DNA of 64,000 nt. Source: a bacterium. GTDB lineage: Bacteria; Hinthialibacterota; Hinthialibacteria; Hinthialibacterales; Hinthialibacteraceae. Position numbers and translations under genes: made by a program. Each line of letters starts with the position of its first letter. The first letter of the stretch is position 1. The DNA lies in NCBI GenBank assembly GCA_963663405.2, contig CAXXSM010000106.1, positions 22,678-86,677 on the forward strand, given 5' to 3'. Below, in pieces: positions 25,181 through 35,573 of this stretch. The notes beneath the pieces were generated by a model. The model saw only the letters and a program-made list of their open reading frames with translations. It was not told the origin of the DNA and searched no databases.

Positions 25181-25529
25181 TATTATATAAAGTAAATCAG
25201 AAGAAGACTTTGTATTTCTACCAGGATATACAAAAATACGCAATACTGAATAAAAATTGATCGAGATATATTTGAAATTAATACCTTAAGTTCATATTCT
25301 ATAAGAATTTGATCGCAATTCGAGTTTATTAACCTTGTATGATAACACAAAAGCACTTAAGGTACTGAATCCATAATTCCACCACTATCTCCTTCTTTAT
25401 CGAAGCGCCTATAGTTTTTCACCACAGGAAACGTTTAACCTAATAGTCTTTTGTATCTCGATGTTTTAATGTTGAACACTGGGATTTGAGGAATTTTTGA
25501 GGATTACGTAAATATCGGAAAATCAAGTA

Positions 25530-25602
25530 TGGAGCTGAGGAGGATCGAACTCCTGACCTTTTGACTGCCAGTCAAACGCTCTCCCAGCTGAGCTACAGCC
25601 CC
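25530..25602 (-). tRNA. tRNA-Ala(GGC)
   Basis: Reverse complement GGGGCTGTAGCTCAGCTGGGAGAGCGTTTGACTGGCAGTCAAAAGGTCAGGAGTTCGATCCTCCTCAGCTCCA; G3:U70 pair; anticodon GGC; CCA not encoded. Confidence 0.97.
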
Positions 25603-25983
25603 ATTTGGTCAATAAAACGATACCTCTCTTTCCTTTAAAATCAACCCTTTCTCAATGAAAATTTTCATCCTTGTTTGAAAAAACTTTGTGGAAGGAATCG
25701 TTATGATATTTTGAGGATTTTTTTTCTCTCCAGTCTAATAGACTTATTTTGAAGGCATGGGCGGTTCCTTCCGTTCATACTTTCTCTTATTTCCCTTGAT
25801 ATCGATAGCGCGGGTTGTATAAATACGGTAAACCTGGGATAATAACGGCGTGCGCTCACGGCCAGTGTGAATCCGTAAACTTGAGGATCCGCGCAGGTGT
25901 TTTCATCATGTTGAAAACACGTTCATTATCGTGATTGTCACATCCTTTTCTCACAGCCATACTATTCTTTAAGGAGCAAACGG

Positions 25984-26799
25984 ATGCATATTGTCGTTTG
26001 TGTTAAAATGGTGCCGGATACGACCTTGGTTCAGATCGATCCGGAGACCAATACGCTCATCCGGGAAGGGGTTCCTTTCATCACCAATCCCTTTGACATT
26101 CATGCGGTTGAAGAGGCGCTCCGGTTAAAAGACGAACATGGCGCGTACGTGACCGTGATTTCTATGGGGCCTCCCACGGCGGAAAAAGTACTGCGCCGCG
26201 CCCTCTCGGTCGGCGCTGACGCTGCATTGCTTTTAAGTGACCGCGCTTTCGGGGGCGCAGACACCTTGGCGACGAGTAAGGTTCTCGCTGAGGCGATTAA
26301 ACGTTTGGATCAAGACAATCCTGTTTCATTAGTGTTCTGTGGTATGCAGACCATCGATGGGGATACGGCGCAGGTTGGCCCTGGTATCGCTTGCCGGTTG
26401 AATTTATCTCAGTTAACGCTTGTCGACCGGATCTTAGATATCAATGAATCGAAAAAAACGTTGAAGGTCCGCCGGAAACTGGAAAAATACCGTGAAATTG
26501 TGGAAGTTTCTCTTCCTGCCCTGATTACAGTCGTCCGGGAAATTAACACACCCCGCTATCCAACAGTGCCAGGACGGTTGATCTCCGAGGCGGCCCAACT
26601 TCCCACTTGGTCCAATGCGAACTTAAAACTGCCTCCCAAGTCGATCGGCTTGCAGGGATCTCCGACCGCTGTCCGCCGTATTTTTGCGCCGGAACGTGAG
26701 AAAGGCGAGATCTTCGAGGGATTTGGCGAGGCGAAGCAGGAAGCCATCGATCTGATCGAAAAGAAGTTATATGAATGGGATGTGATAACGAAGGAATAA
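25984..26799 (+). CDS. etfB: electron transfer flavoprotein beta subunit
   Basis: MHIVVCVKMVPDT, NPFDIHAVEEAL, DRAFGGADTLAT, GMQTIDGDTAQVGP. Confidence 0.95.
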   Translation: MHIVVCVKMVPDTTLVQIDPETNTLIREGVPFITNPFDIHAVEEALRLKDEHGAYVTVISMGPPTAEKVLRRALSVGADAALLLSDRAFGGADTLATSKVLAEAIKRLDQDNPVSLVFCGMQTIDGDTAQVGPGIACRLNLSQLTLVDRILDINESKKTLKVRRKLEKYREIVEVSLPALITVVREINTPRYPTVPGRLISEAAQLPTWSNANLKLPPKSIGLQGSPTAVRRIFAPEREKGEIFEGFGEAKQEAIDLIEKKLYEWDVITKE

Positions 26800-26826
26800 T
26801 TCACGGATCCTTCATGAGAGACTATT

Positions 26827-28161
26827 ATGGCCGATAACAAACCAGATACACCAAAAAAACCAAAACGCCCATTAGGGAAAGTCCGGTATCTTGAAGGCAA
26901 ATGTATCGCCTGTGGTGACGCCTGTCAGGCCGCTTGTCCGTTCGATGCGATTGAAATGAACGATCTTGGTGAGCCGATCATTGTCCTGGAAAAATGCACG
27001 GGATGCCGGAAATGTATAAAAGTCTGTCCCAGCCAAGCGATTGAGGTATTCTACACGCCGGATGAACAAAAAATACTCGACGAGTATTACCGGCCTGTGG
27101 ATAAGAAAAAGATCGCGGCGACAAAGGGAATCTCGGAGTGGAAAGGCGTCTGGGTTTTTGTCGAACAGGTTGACGGCAAGGCGCATACTGTTTCGTGGGA
27201 ACTTCTCGGTGTGGGCCGGAAATTGGCGGCGGATCTCGGTGTAGAGTTAGCCGCGTTTATCCTTGGCTCGAAGGTGCAGCATTTAATCGAAGAAGCCTTT
27301 GGCTACGGCGCGGATAAAGTCTATATCATCGATGATGCGATCTTGAAAGACTACCGCACACCCCCATACCTTCATGCCAGCGTTCAGCTCATTAAAAAAT
27401 ATAAACCCGAAATTGTCTTAATGGGAGCGACTGGATTAGGACGCGATTTGGCGGGCGCGGTCGCCACGAAATTGAGAACCGGTTTGACCGCCGATTGCAC
27501 CGGTCTGACCATCAGCATGGATGACCGTCTTCTCGAACAGACCCGGCCCGCGTTCGGAGGCAACATCATGGCCACGATTCTGAGCGAAACCGCCCGGCCT
27601 CAGATGGCGTCCGTCCGGCCCCACGTTATGCCGAAACCCGAATTTCAGACCGGCAAAAAAGGGGAAATCGTTACCGATACGATTGAAATGCTCGAAGAAA
27701 CAATCCTGACAAAGATCCTCGAGATCATTCCTATCGAAATGGATCAAACCGTCGATCTTCCTTCGGCGCGGATCATTGTCAGTGGTGGCCGTGGGATGAT
27801 GGCTCCGGAGAATTTCTATTTGGTGAAGGACTTGGCAAAAGTTTTAGGCGGAGCGGTTGGCTGCTCGCGTGGCGCGGTTGACGCCGGTTGGATGCCCCAA
27901 GTTCATCAAGTAGGGCAGACGGGTAAGACCGTGAAACCGAAACTCTATTTCGCCTGCGGTATTTCCGGGGCGATTCAACACCTTGTCGGGATGCAGACGT
28001 CGGATTATATCATCGCGGTGAACAAAGATAAAAACGCCCCGATCTTCGATGTCGCTCATTTAGGTATTGTCGGTGATGTGTTCGAGATTCTGCCTCCCCT
28101 AATCGAACAACTGCGCGCGAACAATCCCCAGTTAGGACAGGAATCGGCGAAAGCCGTCTAG
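26827..28161 (+). CDS. etfA: electron transfer flavoprotein alpha subunit with N-terminal 2x[4Fe-4S] ferredoxin domain
   Basis: CIACGDACQAACP and CTGCRKCIKVCP; GLTADCT, RPAFGGN, QVGQTGKTVKP, GISGAIQH. Confidence 0.95.
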   Translation: MADNKPDTPKKPKRPLGKVRYLEGKCIACGDACQAACPFDAIEMNDLGEPIIVLEKCTGCRKCIKVCPSQAIEVFYTPDEQKILDEYYRPVDKKKIAATKGISEWKGVWVFVEQVDGKAHTVSWELLGVGRKLAADLGVELAAFILGSKVQHLIEEAFGYGADKVYIIDDAILKDYRTPPYLHASVQLIKKYKPEIVLMGATGLGRDLAGAVATKLRTGLTADCTGLTISMDDRLLEQTRPAFGGNIMATILSETARPQMASVRPHVMPKPEFQTGKKGEIVTDTIEMLEETILTKILEIIPIEMDQTVDLPSARIIVSGGRGMMAPENFYLVKDLAKVLGGAVGCSRGAVDAGWMPQVHQVGQTGKTVKPKLYFACGISGAIQHLVGMQTSDYIIAVNKDKNAPIFDVAHLGIVGDVFEILPPLIEQLRANNPQLGQESAKAV

Positions 28162-28196
28162 CCGTATCCCATTACTAATTTTTATGGAGTCATAAA

Positions 28197-30200
28197 ATGA
28201 CCTTGGGTAGAATCGTCTTTTTCATTCTTTTCGCTATCTCAATCGCTCTATTTTTAGGCAATTTATACCGCCTTTTCGCGTTACTCTGTTTGGGCCGGTG
28301 GGAAAACCGTTTTGACCGCTTGGCGATCCGGTTGAAAAATATGCTGGTCTATGCGTTTGGGCAGTTGCGAGTGATCCGCACCAAATATGGCTTCAACCAT
28401 TTCATCATTTTCTGGGGATTTATCAGTATGTTGGCCCTCAATTCAGAATTCCTGATTGCGGGCTTGTTTCCAGATTTTTCGTTTGAGTTTCTTGGGTCGA
28501 TCCCCTATGGGCTTTTGCTGTTCGTGACGGATATCATGTCTTTAATCGTGATCGTAGCCGTGGCTGTCGCCGTGATCCGGCGTTGCTTTTTCCGTCCCGC
28601 CCATATTGAATTCAACTTGGACGCGTTTGCGATTCTCTCGATGATCGCCATTCTGATGATCGCTTACTTCGGCTATCACGCGGGTGAAATACATCTGGAA
28701 GAGACAGACTACGCCGCCTGGATGCCGATCTCGAGTCTCTTCGCAGGTGGCTTTGCTTCCTACACGGAAGAAGGGGCCAGTGCCCTGACCGCTTTCTATT
28801 GGTGGATTCACGCGGGTGTTCTTCTGGCCTTCTTAAATTATCTGCCCTATAGCAAACATCTTCATGTTATTACCGCGATCCCCAATTGCTTCTTCCGCCG
28901 TTTCGATTTCCCCCAAACCGTCCCTCCGGTCGAGTTTAAAATGGGGAACAACTTCGGAAATTCAAAGGTGACGCAGTTTACTTGGAAAGATTTACTGGAC
29001 TTTATGTCCTGTACCGAATGTGGACGCTGCGAAGCCGCATGCCCTGCTCATAACACCGGGAAACCGCTCAATCCAAAAGAGATCGTTCACATCGGAAAAC
29101 TGAATTTGTTCTCAAATGGACGGCAGATTCTCTCCAAACGTCCCTGTGATACGTTAGCCGGTCCTCCAGAGGATATCGAATTGGATACACCTCTCATCGG
29201 TGAAGGTGAAAAGAGTGTGACCGTACAAGCCCTTTGGGATTGCACTACCTGCGGAGCCTGTATGCAGGAATGCCCCGTTTTCATCGAGCATGTGCCCAAA
29301 ATCGTTGAAATGCGGCGCCATCTCGTCATGGAGAAATCTGAATTTCCCGAAGAACTATTAAGTTTCTTTGAAAACTCTGAACAGCGGTTCAATCCTTGGG
29401 GCATTGCGCCTACCGATCGCTCCAAATGGACGGCCGATCTTGATGTTAATATCATCGAAGAAGGCAAACCGGTGGAATACCTCTATTTTGTCGGTTGTTC
29501 AGGCGCGTTTGATTCCCGTACTCGCGAAGTGGTGACCGCGATCACGAAAATCTTCAATGCCGCTGGATTATCCTGGGGGATTTTAGGTACGGAAGAACGA
29601 TGCTGTGGCGATTCTCTCCGGAGACTGGGGAACGAATACGTCTTTGAGAATATCGCCCGTGATAATATCGAACGCTTCCGCCGGTTCGGCGTTACGAAAA
29701 TTATCACGCACTGTCCGCATGGATTCAGCACCCTGAAGAATGACTATTCCCAATTTGGAGCGGATTTCGAAGTAATCCATCACTCGCAGATGATCGACCG
29801 CCTAATTCAAGAAGGGAAAATAAAACTAACGAAGACGATTCAAGATTCAACGGTCATCCACGATTCCTGTTATTTGGGCCGATATAACGATATTTATGAA
29901 GAACCCCGGAACGTCGTCACCGCGGCTTTGGGTGGAGAAGCGCCAATTGAAATGAAACGATCCAGACAGAGCAGTTTCTGTTGTGGCGCTGGCGGGGGCG
30001 GTATGTGGGTGGAAGAATCCGGCGACAAGCGGATCTACGCGGAACGCACGAAAGAAGCGATCGCGACTAACGCCTCGACAATCGCCGTCGCCTGTCCTTT
30101 CTGCATGACCATGTTTGAAGATGGCGTCAAAGAAGAAAACAAAGAACAGGATGTGCGAGTCAAAGATATCGCCGAACTCGTCGCGGAAGCGATGGAGTAA
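28197..30200 (+). CDS. membrane-bound Fe-S oxidoreductase (HdrD/FadF-like, ETF:quinone oxidoreductase type)
   Basis: Several TM helices with His residues (SKHLH), CTECGRCEAACP, CTTCGACMQECP, two CCG domains. Confidence 0.9.
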   Translation: MTLGRIVFFILFAISIALFLGNLYRLFALLCLGRWENRFDRLAIRLKNMLVYAFGQLRVIRTKYGFNHFIIFWGFISMLALNSEFLIAGLFPDFSFEFLGSIPYGLLLFVTDIMSLIVIVAVAVAVIRRCFFRPAHIEFNLDAFAILSMIAILMIAYFGYHAGEIHLEETDYAAWMPISSLFAGGFASYTEEGASALTAFYWWIHAGVLLAFLNYLPYSKHLHVITAIPNCFFRRFDFPQTVPPVEFKMGNNFGNSKVTQFTWKDLLDFMSCTECGRCEAACPAHNTGKPLNPKEIVHIGKLNLFSNGRQILSKRPCDTLAGPPEDIELDTPLIGEGEKSVTVQALWDCTTCGACMQECPVFIEHVPKIVEMRRHLVMEKSEFPEELLSFFENSEQRFNPWGIAPTDRSKWTADLDVNIIEEGKPVEYLYFVGCSGAFDSRTREVVTAITKIFNAAGLSWGILGTEERCCGDSLRRLGNEYVFENIARDNIERFRRFGVTKIITHCPHGFSTLKNDYSQFGADFEVIHHSQMIDRLIQEGKIKLTKTIQDSTVIHDSCYLGRYNDIYEEPRNVVTAALGGEAPIEMKRSRQSSFCCGAGGGGMWVEESGDKRIYAERTKEAIATNASTIAVACPFCMTMFEDGVKEENKEQDVRVKDIAELVAEAME

Positions 30201-30312
30201 TAATGGAGCGCGGGCGACCCGCTCGTAAAAAACAACGGATCAAATCAAAGATATTTGATACCGAAAACTTGATCTTTCTAAAAAACAAATTATAATTTTT
30301 CTTCTCTGCAAA

Positions 30313-30398
30313 GCCGGAGTGGCGGAATGGCAGACGCGCTAGGTTCAGGACCTAGTGTCCTCCGGGACGTGGGGGTTCAAGTCCCCCCTCCGGCACCA
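30313..30398 (+). tRNA. tRNA-Leu(CAG)
   Basis: GCCGGAGTGGCGGAATGGCAGACGCGCTAGGTTCAGGACCTAGTGTCCTCCGGGACGTGGGGGTTCAAGTCCCCCCTCCGGCACCA; long variable arm; CCA encoded. Confidence 0.97.
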
Positions 30399-30616
30399 CT
30401 TGATTTTACTTCACTTACGATTCAATCTCCAATATCTAAATCAACTCTGTTTTACCCCCTTGGTTACATATTTGGTTACATTACTTTTTTCAATCTATCC
30501 ATTGACGATAGTTCAAATAGTTTACTATCGTTCACACAATTATCAATAAATTTTAAGCGATACGAAGATATGAACCGGTAATAATTTCCCGAAAAAAAGA
30601 CCCTAGCACTATGTCG

Positions 30617-30718
30617 CGCCCTCTCCTGGGCTTCTGTTTTCCGGGGGTACCCCCCTCGCATCGAGGGACCCAGGCTTCATTAGTAATCCCACGAAATAAA
30701 CCAGCCCAGGAGAGGGCG
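30617..30718. repeat. 102-bp GC-rich element bounded by a perfect 16-bp inverted repeat
   Basis: cgccctctcctgggct (30617-30632) / agcccaggagagggcg (30703-30718); inner hairpin ccctcg-cat-cgaggg. Confidence 0.8.
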
Positions 30719-30915
30719 TCAGGCTCTACGTTCTTTCAGTTCTTTTAGGGCTTGAGGTTAGTATCTCAAAAGGGCATAGTCGTCAGTTATTTTTCCTCTC
30801 TCAATTTTTCCTATTTCTGATTGTTTTCCACTATTTGCTAAAAAACTCTTTTCATTACTTGCGAATGACGTTAAAATTATTGTAATAGTAATCTTTTCAA
30901 CAATAGGAGGGTTTT

Positions 30916-32082
30916 ATGTACCAACGAAGTCATAAACAATTTTCCCGTCAGGCGTTCTTCCGTAAAACCGATCCTCACCTTCTTTGCCGGTTTTTTCATG
31001 AAAAATATAATGTCGATCCGGATTTGAACGAGATTCCAGAAGAAAATCGTGAAGACCATTTCAACAAAATATTAGATACTCTGGACGAGAATCCCCGTAC
31101 GGAAGCGATTGAGGATTTAAGCACTATTAATGATATGACGCATGACCGGGCGCGCGCTCTATTGCAACAGGAGGCGATCTTGGATCAAATTGACGGTATC
31201 GAAGGACTCCCATCGCACGATACCGCGATGACGATGTTTCTTGATTATCCAGAACTTTTTGACAAAGCCCTAGCAATATTTACAATCGAAGAATTGACTA
31301 ATTGGCGTCAATACCAATCCAGGGAGAAAGCGCCTGTCCCAAGAATCGATCATTCTAAAATACATTTGATCGAGAAAGGCCTATCCGATTATTTCAAAAA
31401 TTATGGAATGGGAGATCATTGTTACGTTCAACATTACGGAGATTCGGAACGGCATGTATTTGAGTTTTCTTTTGAGAATTTCCCAAGAGCGGAAGACGAA
31501 TTCGATAAAGGGATACTCATCCGCAAGGTACGGCGTCCTGTTGTCCATTCAGTAGCGATTCTTTATCCGGAGTATCGGACGATCCGGATTAAAGCAACCC
31601 GGATAAATTGGATTGAGGAAATCCGGAATCAAGTTGGATATTCCCTGTATCAAGACGCCGATTTCTTTGATGTTGAAGATGATAAAATCATTGATTTATC
31701 CTCCTTCAGAAAGAGACCTCAGTTTATCACCGATCCATTTGATGAAATCCAATTTGTCCACCTTGTCAGTTTGAAAATCCGATCACATTTTAATGGGGGG
31801 ATAATTACTACGATTGACGCGCAGGATACGGATTCAATCTACGAAACCGTAATTGGTGAATTCGGTATTGATCTGAATAACTGTGAAATCATTGGAATTA
31901 AAATCCGATTCAAGTTTCCAGGGAAGGGAAACGCCGGTCAACGCACGATTGAAATGAATGTTCCGAATCGATGTAATCTGTGTGATACGCAGAATGATCG
32001 AATCATTGATAGATACCTTCGGAAATGGAAGATAATGGGCGGCAATGAATCTCTGGAAACTCCTGTTTCAATCGCTGGGTAA
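30916..32082 (+). CDS. hypothetical protein, island-borne
   Basis: 388-aa ORF with RBS aggagg; overlaps the start of the next gene. Confidence 0.8.
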   Translation: MYQRSHKQFSRQAFFRKTDPHLLCRFFHEKYNVDPDLNEIPEENREDHFNKILDTLDENPRTEAIEDLSTINDMTHDRARALLQQEAILDQIDGIEGLPSHDTAMTMFLDYPELFDKALAIFTIEELTNWRQYQSREKAPVPRIDHSKIHLIEKGLSDYFKNYGMGDHCYVQHYGDSERHVFEFSFENFPRAEDEFDKGILIRKVRRPVVHSVAILYPEYRTIRIKATRINWIEEIRNQVGYSLYQDADFFDVEDDKIIDLSSFRKRPQFITDPFDEIQFVHLVSLKIRSHFNGGIITTIDAQDTDSIYETVIGEFGIDLNNCEIIGIKIRFKFPGKGNAGQRTIEMNVPNRCNLCDTQNDRIIDRYLRKWKIMGGNESLETPVSIAG

Positions 32083-33077
32083 ACGAACGAACATACGGAT
32101 CGATTACTCTTCTATTCACACAATTCCCTCCTCTCAAATGAGCGTAGCGGCTGAATTCGGTCTCTACACGAAAGAGAACGCTGACACAGTAATTATGCCC
32201 AAGTATTCGATGGAACCGATTCCGGTTATGTATGTGAATAGGAAGTACTATCTCGATTTAAGAACGGATGACGCGCCGCCCTTGGTTGAAATCCAAGAAG
32301 AGGAAACACATGAATACGTTTTCGACGTTCACAAGTTTATCCAAACTTTCCAAAGCGTAAACGGATTTCTTCCTTTCGATACAGAAAACGGATTTGAAAA
32401 TCTCTTACCCGGAATTAATTTGATCGGCTACAAGATGACGAGTAACAATTATCGTTTCGCTGTCTTGCTTGTAAATACTGACCGTTGTTTTCCCTCTCGC
32501 TCTTTCTCTTCAAGAAGCCTGTGGGAGTGTGGGGGATTCGGATGCTATTCTCGCTTTGACAACGACCGAAGCCAAACTCAATCGAGCGGAACGAAAAGAA
32601 TTGCATGCAAGGGGTATAACGGTTTACACTTTATTCTCATATTTGAAAGATGATTTGACGCTTTCAGAGACGATTTTCCAAACCAAACATAAACAGAGAA
32701 AGTCAAAGCAGTTACAGATTCCTCCCGGTACGAAATGGAAGGATGTCTACATTACCTTTATTGATGAAGTCAGAGTTAGAATTGAAATTAAAAATATTCG
32801 TCAAGTGTTAAGTTATTCGGAAATGGACTTTCAGAATAAGAATAACAGTAGACCATCAACTCTATGGGATGCATTTTCAGTACTTGCGGAGTATCAAGGT
32901 CATTTGGATTAAGGAAATCGAATAGAAGGGGATGAACGAGAAAAGTATAAAAAACACATTCAGAGAATTAATAATAAACTCATTACTCTATTTCATATTC
33001 CTGAAAAACCAATTATTTATAATCATTTCAAGAAGGCTTATGTATGTAAGTTTGGTCTGAGTAGCAATTCTGAATAA
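32045..33077 (+). pseudogene. hypothetical protein with C-terminal winged-helix-like domain, broken by a frameshift (~32510) and an in-frame TAA (32910-32912)
   Basis: IPPGTKWKDVYITF...LSYSEMDF...LWDAFSVLAEYQGHLD*GNRIEGDEREKYKKHIQRINNKLITLFHIPEKPI...YVCKF continues in frame after the stop. Confidence 0.6.
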
Positions 33078-33168
33078 TTTCAATTTGTTAGCTGCAACAT
33101 GAAAGCAGTGTATTTTATTAATGTATTTTATTAAGATATAAAAAATGAATAACAAGTATGTTGTTTAT

Positions 33169-34559
33169 GCCTCGTCAAAAAAATCTATGGGTAAATTCCG
33201 GTTGAGGAAGTTTACCAAGGGTATGATACAAGGCGATTTCCAGCGTTCGAAATGTTCGAAAGCCGTACGCCATTTTGGTAGTCACTTTCGCTTTGTTATT
33301 TAATCCTTCCACGACACCAGAAGAAAACTCTTTTTTCGCCCGAAACCAGTTCAAAATCAGTTCCCGATGACGCCGAAGCATCTTCGCAACCTTTTTCATT
33401 GGCTCGATCCGGGATCGCATGGTCTTGGTACACCATTGATCCAAAAAACGGCCCGCCCACGATGCCGACTTATAGTCCCAGAAAAAGTGGAACTCTTCTT
33501 TTAAAAGATAACTACGCACGGTCCGAAGGTTATACCGAACCACATTGGCAAGTTTTTCCACCTGCTTCTCGGTTAGATTCACCGAACGTTTGAGAAACCA
33601 CCAACGGCTTCCTTTCAAGACCGGCTCCAATCCCTTGGCTTTCAATTCACGGGCTTCCCCGGCGCGGCGCCTCATCGATGGCTTTATTCATATGGGCCAC
33701 GATGTGAAAACGATCCAAAATATGGATGGCCCCTTTCGCTTTCTTCGCCACGACTTTGAGATACGCTTTCCCCATATCGCTGCAAATGAATTCCAACTTC
33801 GCGCTCCGCTCCTCACCCAACCAGCGGAAAAATCTCAAAAACGTCTTGGCCGTTCTCTTTTCCCCAATCCAAAGTAACCGCCTACATCCCTCATTGATTT
33901 GATACACCGCAGTCACGTAATTGTGCCCGCTTCCCCATTGCATTTCGTCCACTCCGATGGCGGTGATTCCTTCCAGGTTCCTATGCTCCCGTCCCCAATT
34001 GACGGCCCTCTCCACCGAGCAAAATACTTTGTGCCAACTCGTTTGAAACGCCTCCGCCACTTGCGTCCAATTTAACCGCTTCGCCCAACCCGCCAGAAAC
34101 CACTGATACGCGCTCGTTAATTCGTGCTTTCCTTCGGCCCAGGGAACTTGCTCAATTTTTACCCCGCAGTCTGGACACTCGACACGCCGCATTGTGTAGA
34201 TTAAAAAAAACGCGATTCCCCACAGCGGGACCATTTCAAAACGACGCTTGTCACGCGTGTCGTATCCGGGTCTTTTCTTTCCACAGCCGGAACAGATTGG
34301 ACGATTTCCCTTCCGGGGGCGGATTTCAACCTCCAACACGGTTTTCTTGTTCCATTCGCTAAAATAGACCGAATCGTACACAAATCCCTTGATTTTATGA
34401 ACGCGATTGAGGATAGTCTTTACTTGCATCCGGTGGCCTCCTGATTGATGGTTTGTCTTCGTCGACTCCATCTTCTTAGGATACGTTACCGGATGTCCTT
34501 TTCTATCTCTCCTTCTTCAGCATTCCCTCTTGTTTACCCACTGATTTCTCTGAGGAACC
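33169..34559 (-). mobile_element. ISL3 family insertion sequence
   Basis: Imperfect IRs gcctcgtcaaaaaaatctatgggtaaa and (reverse complement) ggttcctcagagaaatcagtgggtaaa; flanks differ, so no target duplication. Confidence 0.9.
33175..34471 (-). CDS. ISL3 family transposase (frameshifted near 33660)
   Basis: CSGCG/CPDCG zinc finger, IGVDE, ICSDM, LDRFH, SSGVVEGLNNKAK, AYGFRTF. Confidence 0.92.
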
Positions 34560-35502
34560 ATAGTTTGAAGAAGATTTCTATTTGCCAGCGTTCCTTGTAG
34601 ATGGCCGCGATAGTACGGGCGGCGAATTCGTGGTGATTGGTCAACAAGTCGATCATCCGTTTATTTTCTTCATCCCAAACCCGTACCAATCGGAACGTCA
34701 TGCCGGAGCAGACTTCTTGCGCACGATTCGAGGTGAAACGGATCGTATAATCGCCCCGTAGATTCGAATCCCCTGGGACCACTCGGCGGCTGATCAACTG
34801 ATACTTCAAATTCTCTTTGAGCCAGGTGACAAAATACACGCCCCGGTCGGTCCATTGCCGAAACAATTCGAAATCGACATAGGCGCGATCCATGGCCACG
34901 ATCGAGCCCGCGGCCAGATGAAGCAATCGGGCGATTGTGATATCGTGTTGTTTTCCCTCACCAATGTAGGCGTAGGCGGGCAGATACCCGTCGTGATCCA
35001 GGAGCAGGTGAAGTTTGACCGCCCCCTTGGTGCGCCGAAACTTCGCCCAATCGAACAGAGACGCGCACAAGTCAATGACGGACAAATCCAGGCTGTCGAG
35101 TTTGTTCTTGAAGCGGAATTTACGTTTCCCCTGAAATTCCAACTGCGCTTGGCGCAAAAGCGTGTAAAAGAGAGCCTGGAACATTTCCCAGGAACGATGT
35201 TGATTCGCATAGGCGAGAGTTGAGCGCTTGGGGGCGTTTTTGATACCGAGATGGGTTAATTTCCCTACACATGTGGCCAATCCCCCGCAGATTTCTCGCA
35301 AGGATTTCGCTTGGCCAAGTTGGCAAAACAACATGGCTACCAATTGCTCCCTGCATGAAAAATTCTTCGCATAGCAATTCCCGGAATACGTGTCCACGAT
35401 GCGGGCGAATTCAAAACGAGGTATAAAGGCTAGGATTTGCGAAAAAAGACTGGCACAATAAGTCATATCGGACACCTCCAGCATGGATTGGATATTTCGC
35501 AA
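34560..35502 (-). pseudogene. truncated IS4 transposase
   Basis: QLVAMLFCQL...SLREI, RSTLAYAN, KGAVKLH, MDRAYVDF, YKERWQIEIFFK then reads into the ISL3 end. Confidence 0.9.
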
Positions 35503-35573
35503 CTATACAATACCATGCGGGTGTCCGATTCTCATAGATGGACAATCCCTCATTTTTTTATTGGACAAGAGTG
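34560..35573 (-). mobile_element. IS4 family element (DUF4372-type), 3' part removed at the ISL3 junction
   Basis: Terminal cactcttgtccaa on the minus strand from 35573; hairpin atcggacacc/ggtgtccgat covers the transposase RBS. Confidence 0.85.

Noticed and set aside
25835-25945. Riboswitch upstream of etfB
   Set aside because: Only a simple dyad gtgttttca...tgaaaacac is visible; no FMN or other known aptamer consensus recognised
30327-30661. Short ORFs at 30327, 30355 and 30476
   Set aside because: They overlap tRNA-Leu or the inverted-repeat element and lack an RBS or recognisable protein features
32910-32912. Stop-codon recoding or alternative genetic code
   Set aside because: TAA is not a recoded codon and TAA, TGA and TAG all terminate intact genes in this window; a nonsense mutation or base-call error is simpler
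33640-33680. Programmed frameshift in the ISL3 transposase
   Set aside because: ISL3 transposases are single ORFs and no slippery heptamer is evident; more likely an indel error or decay
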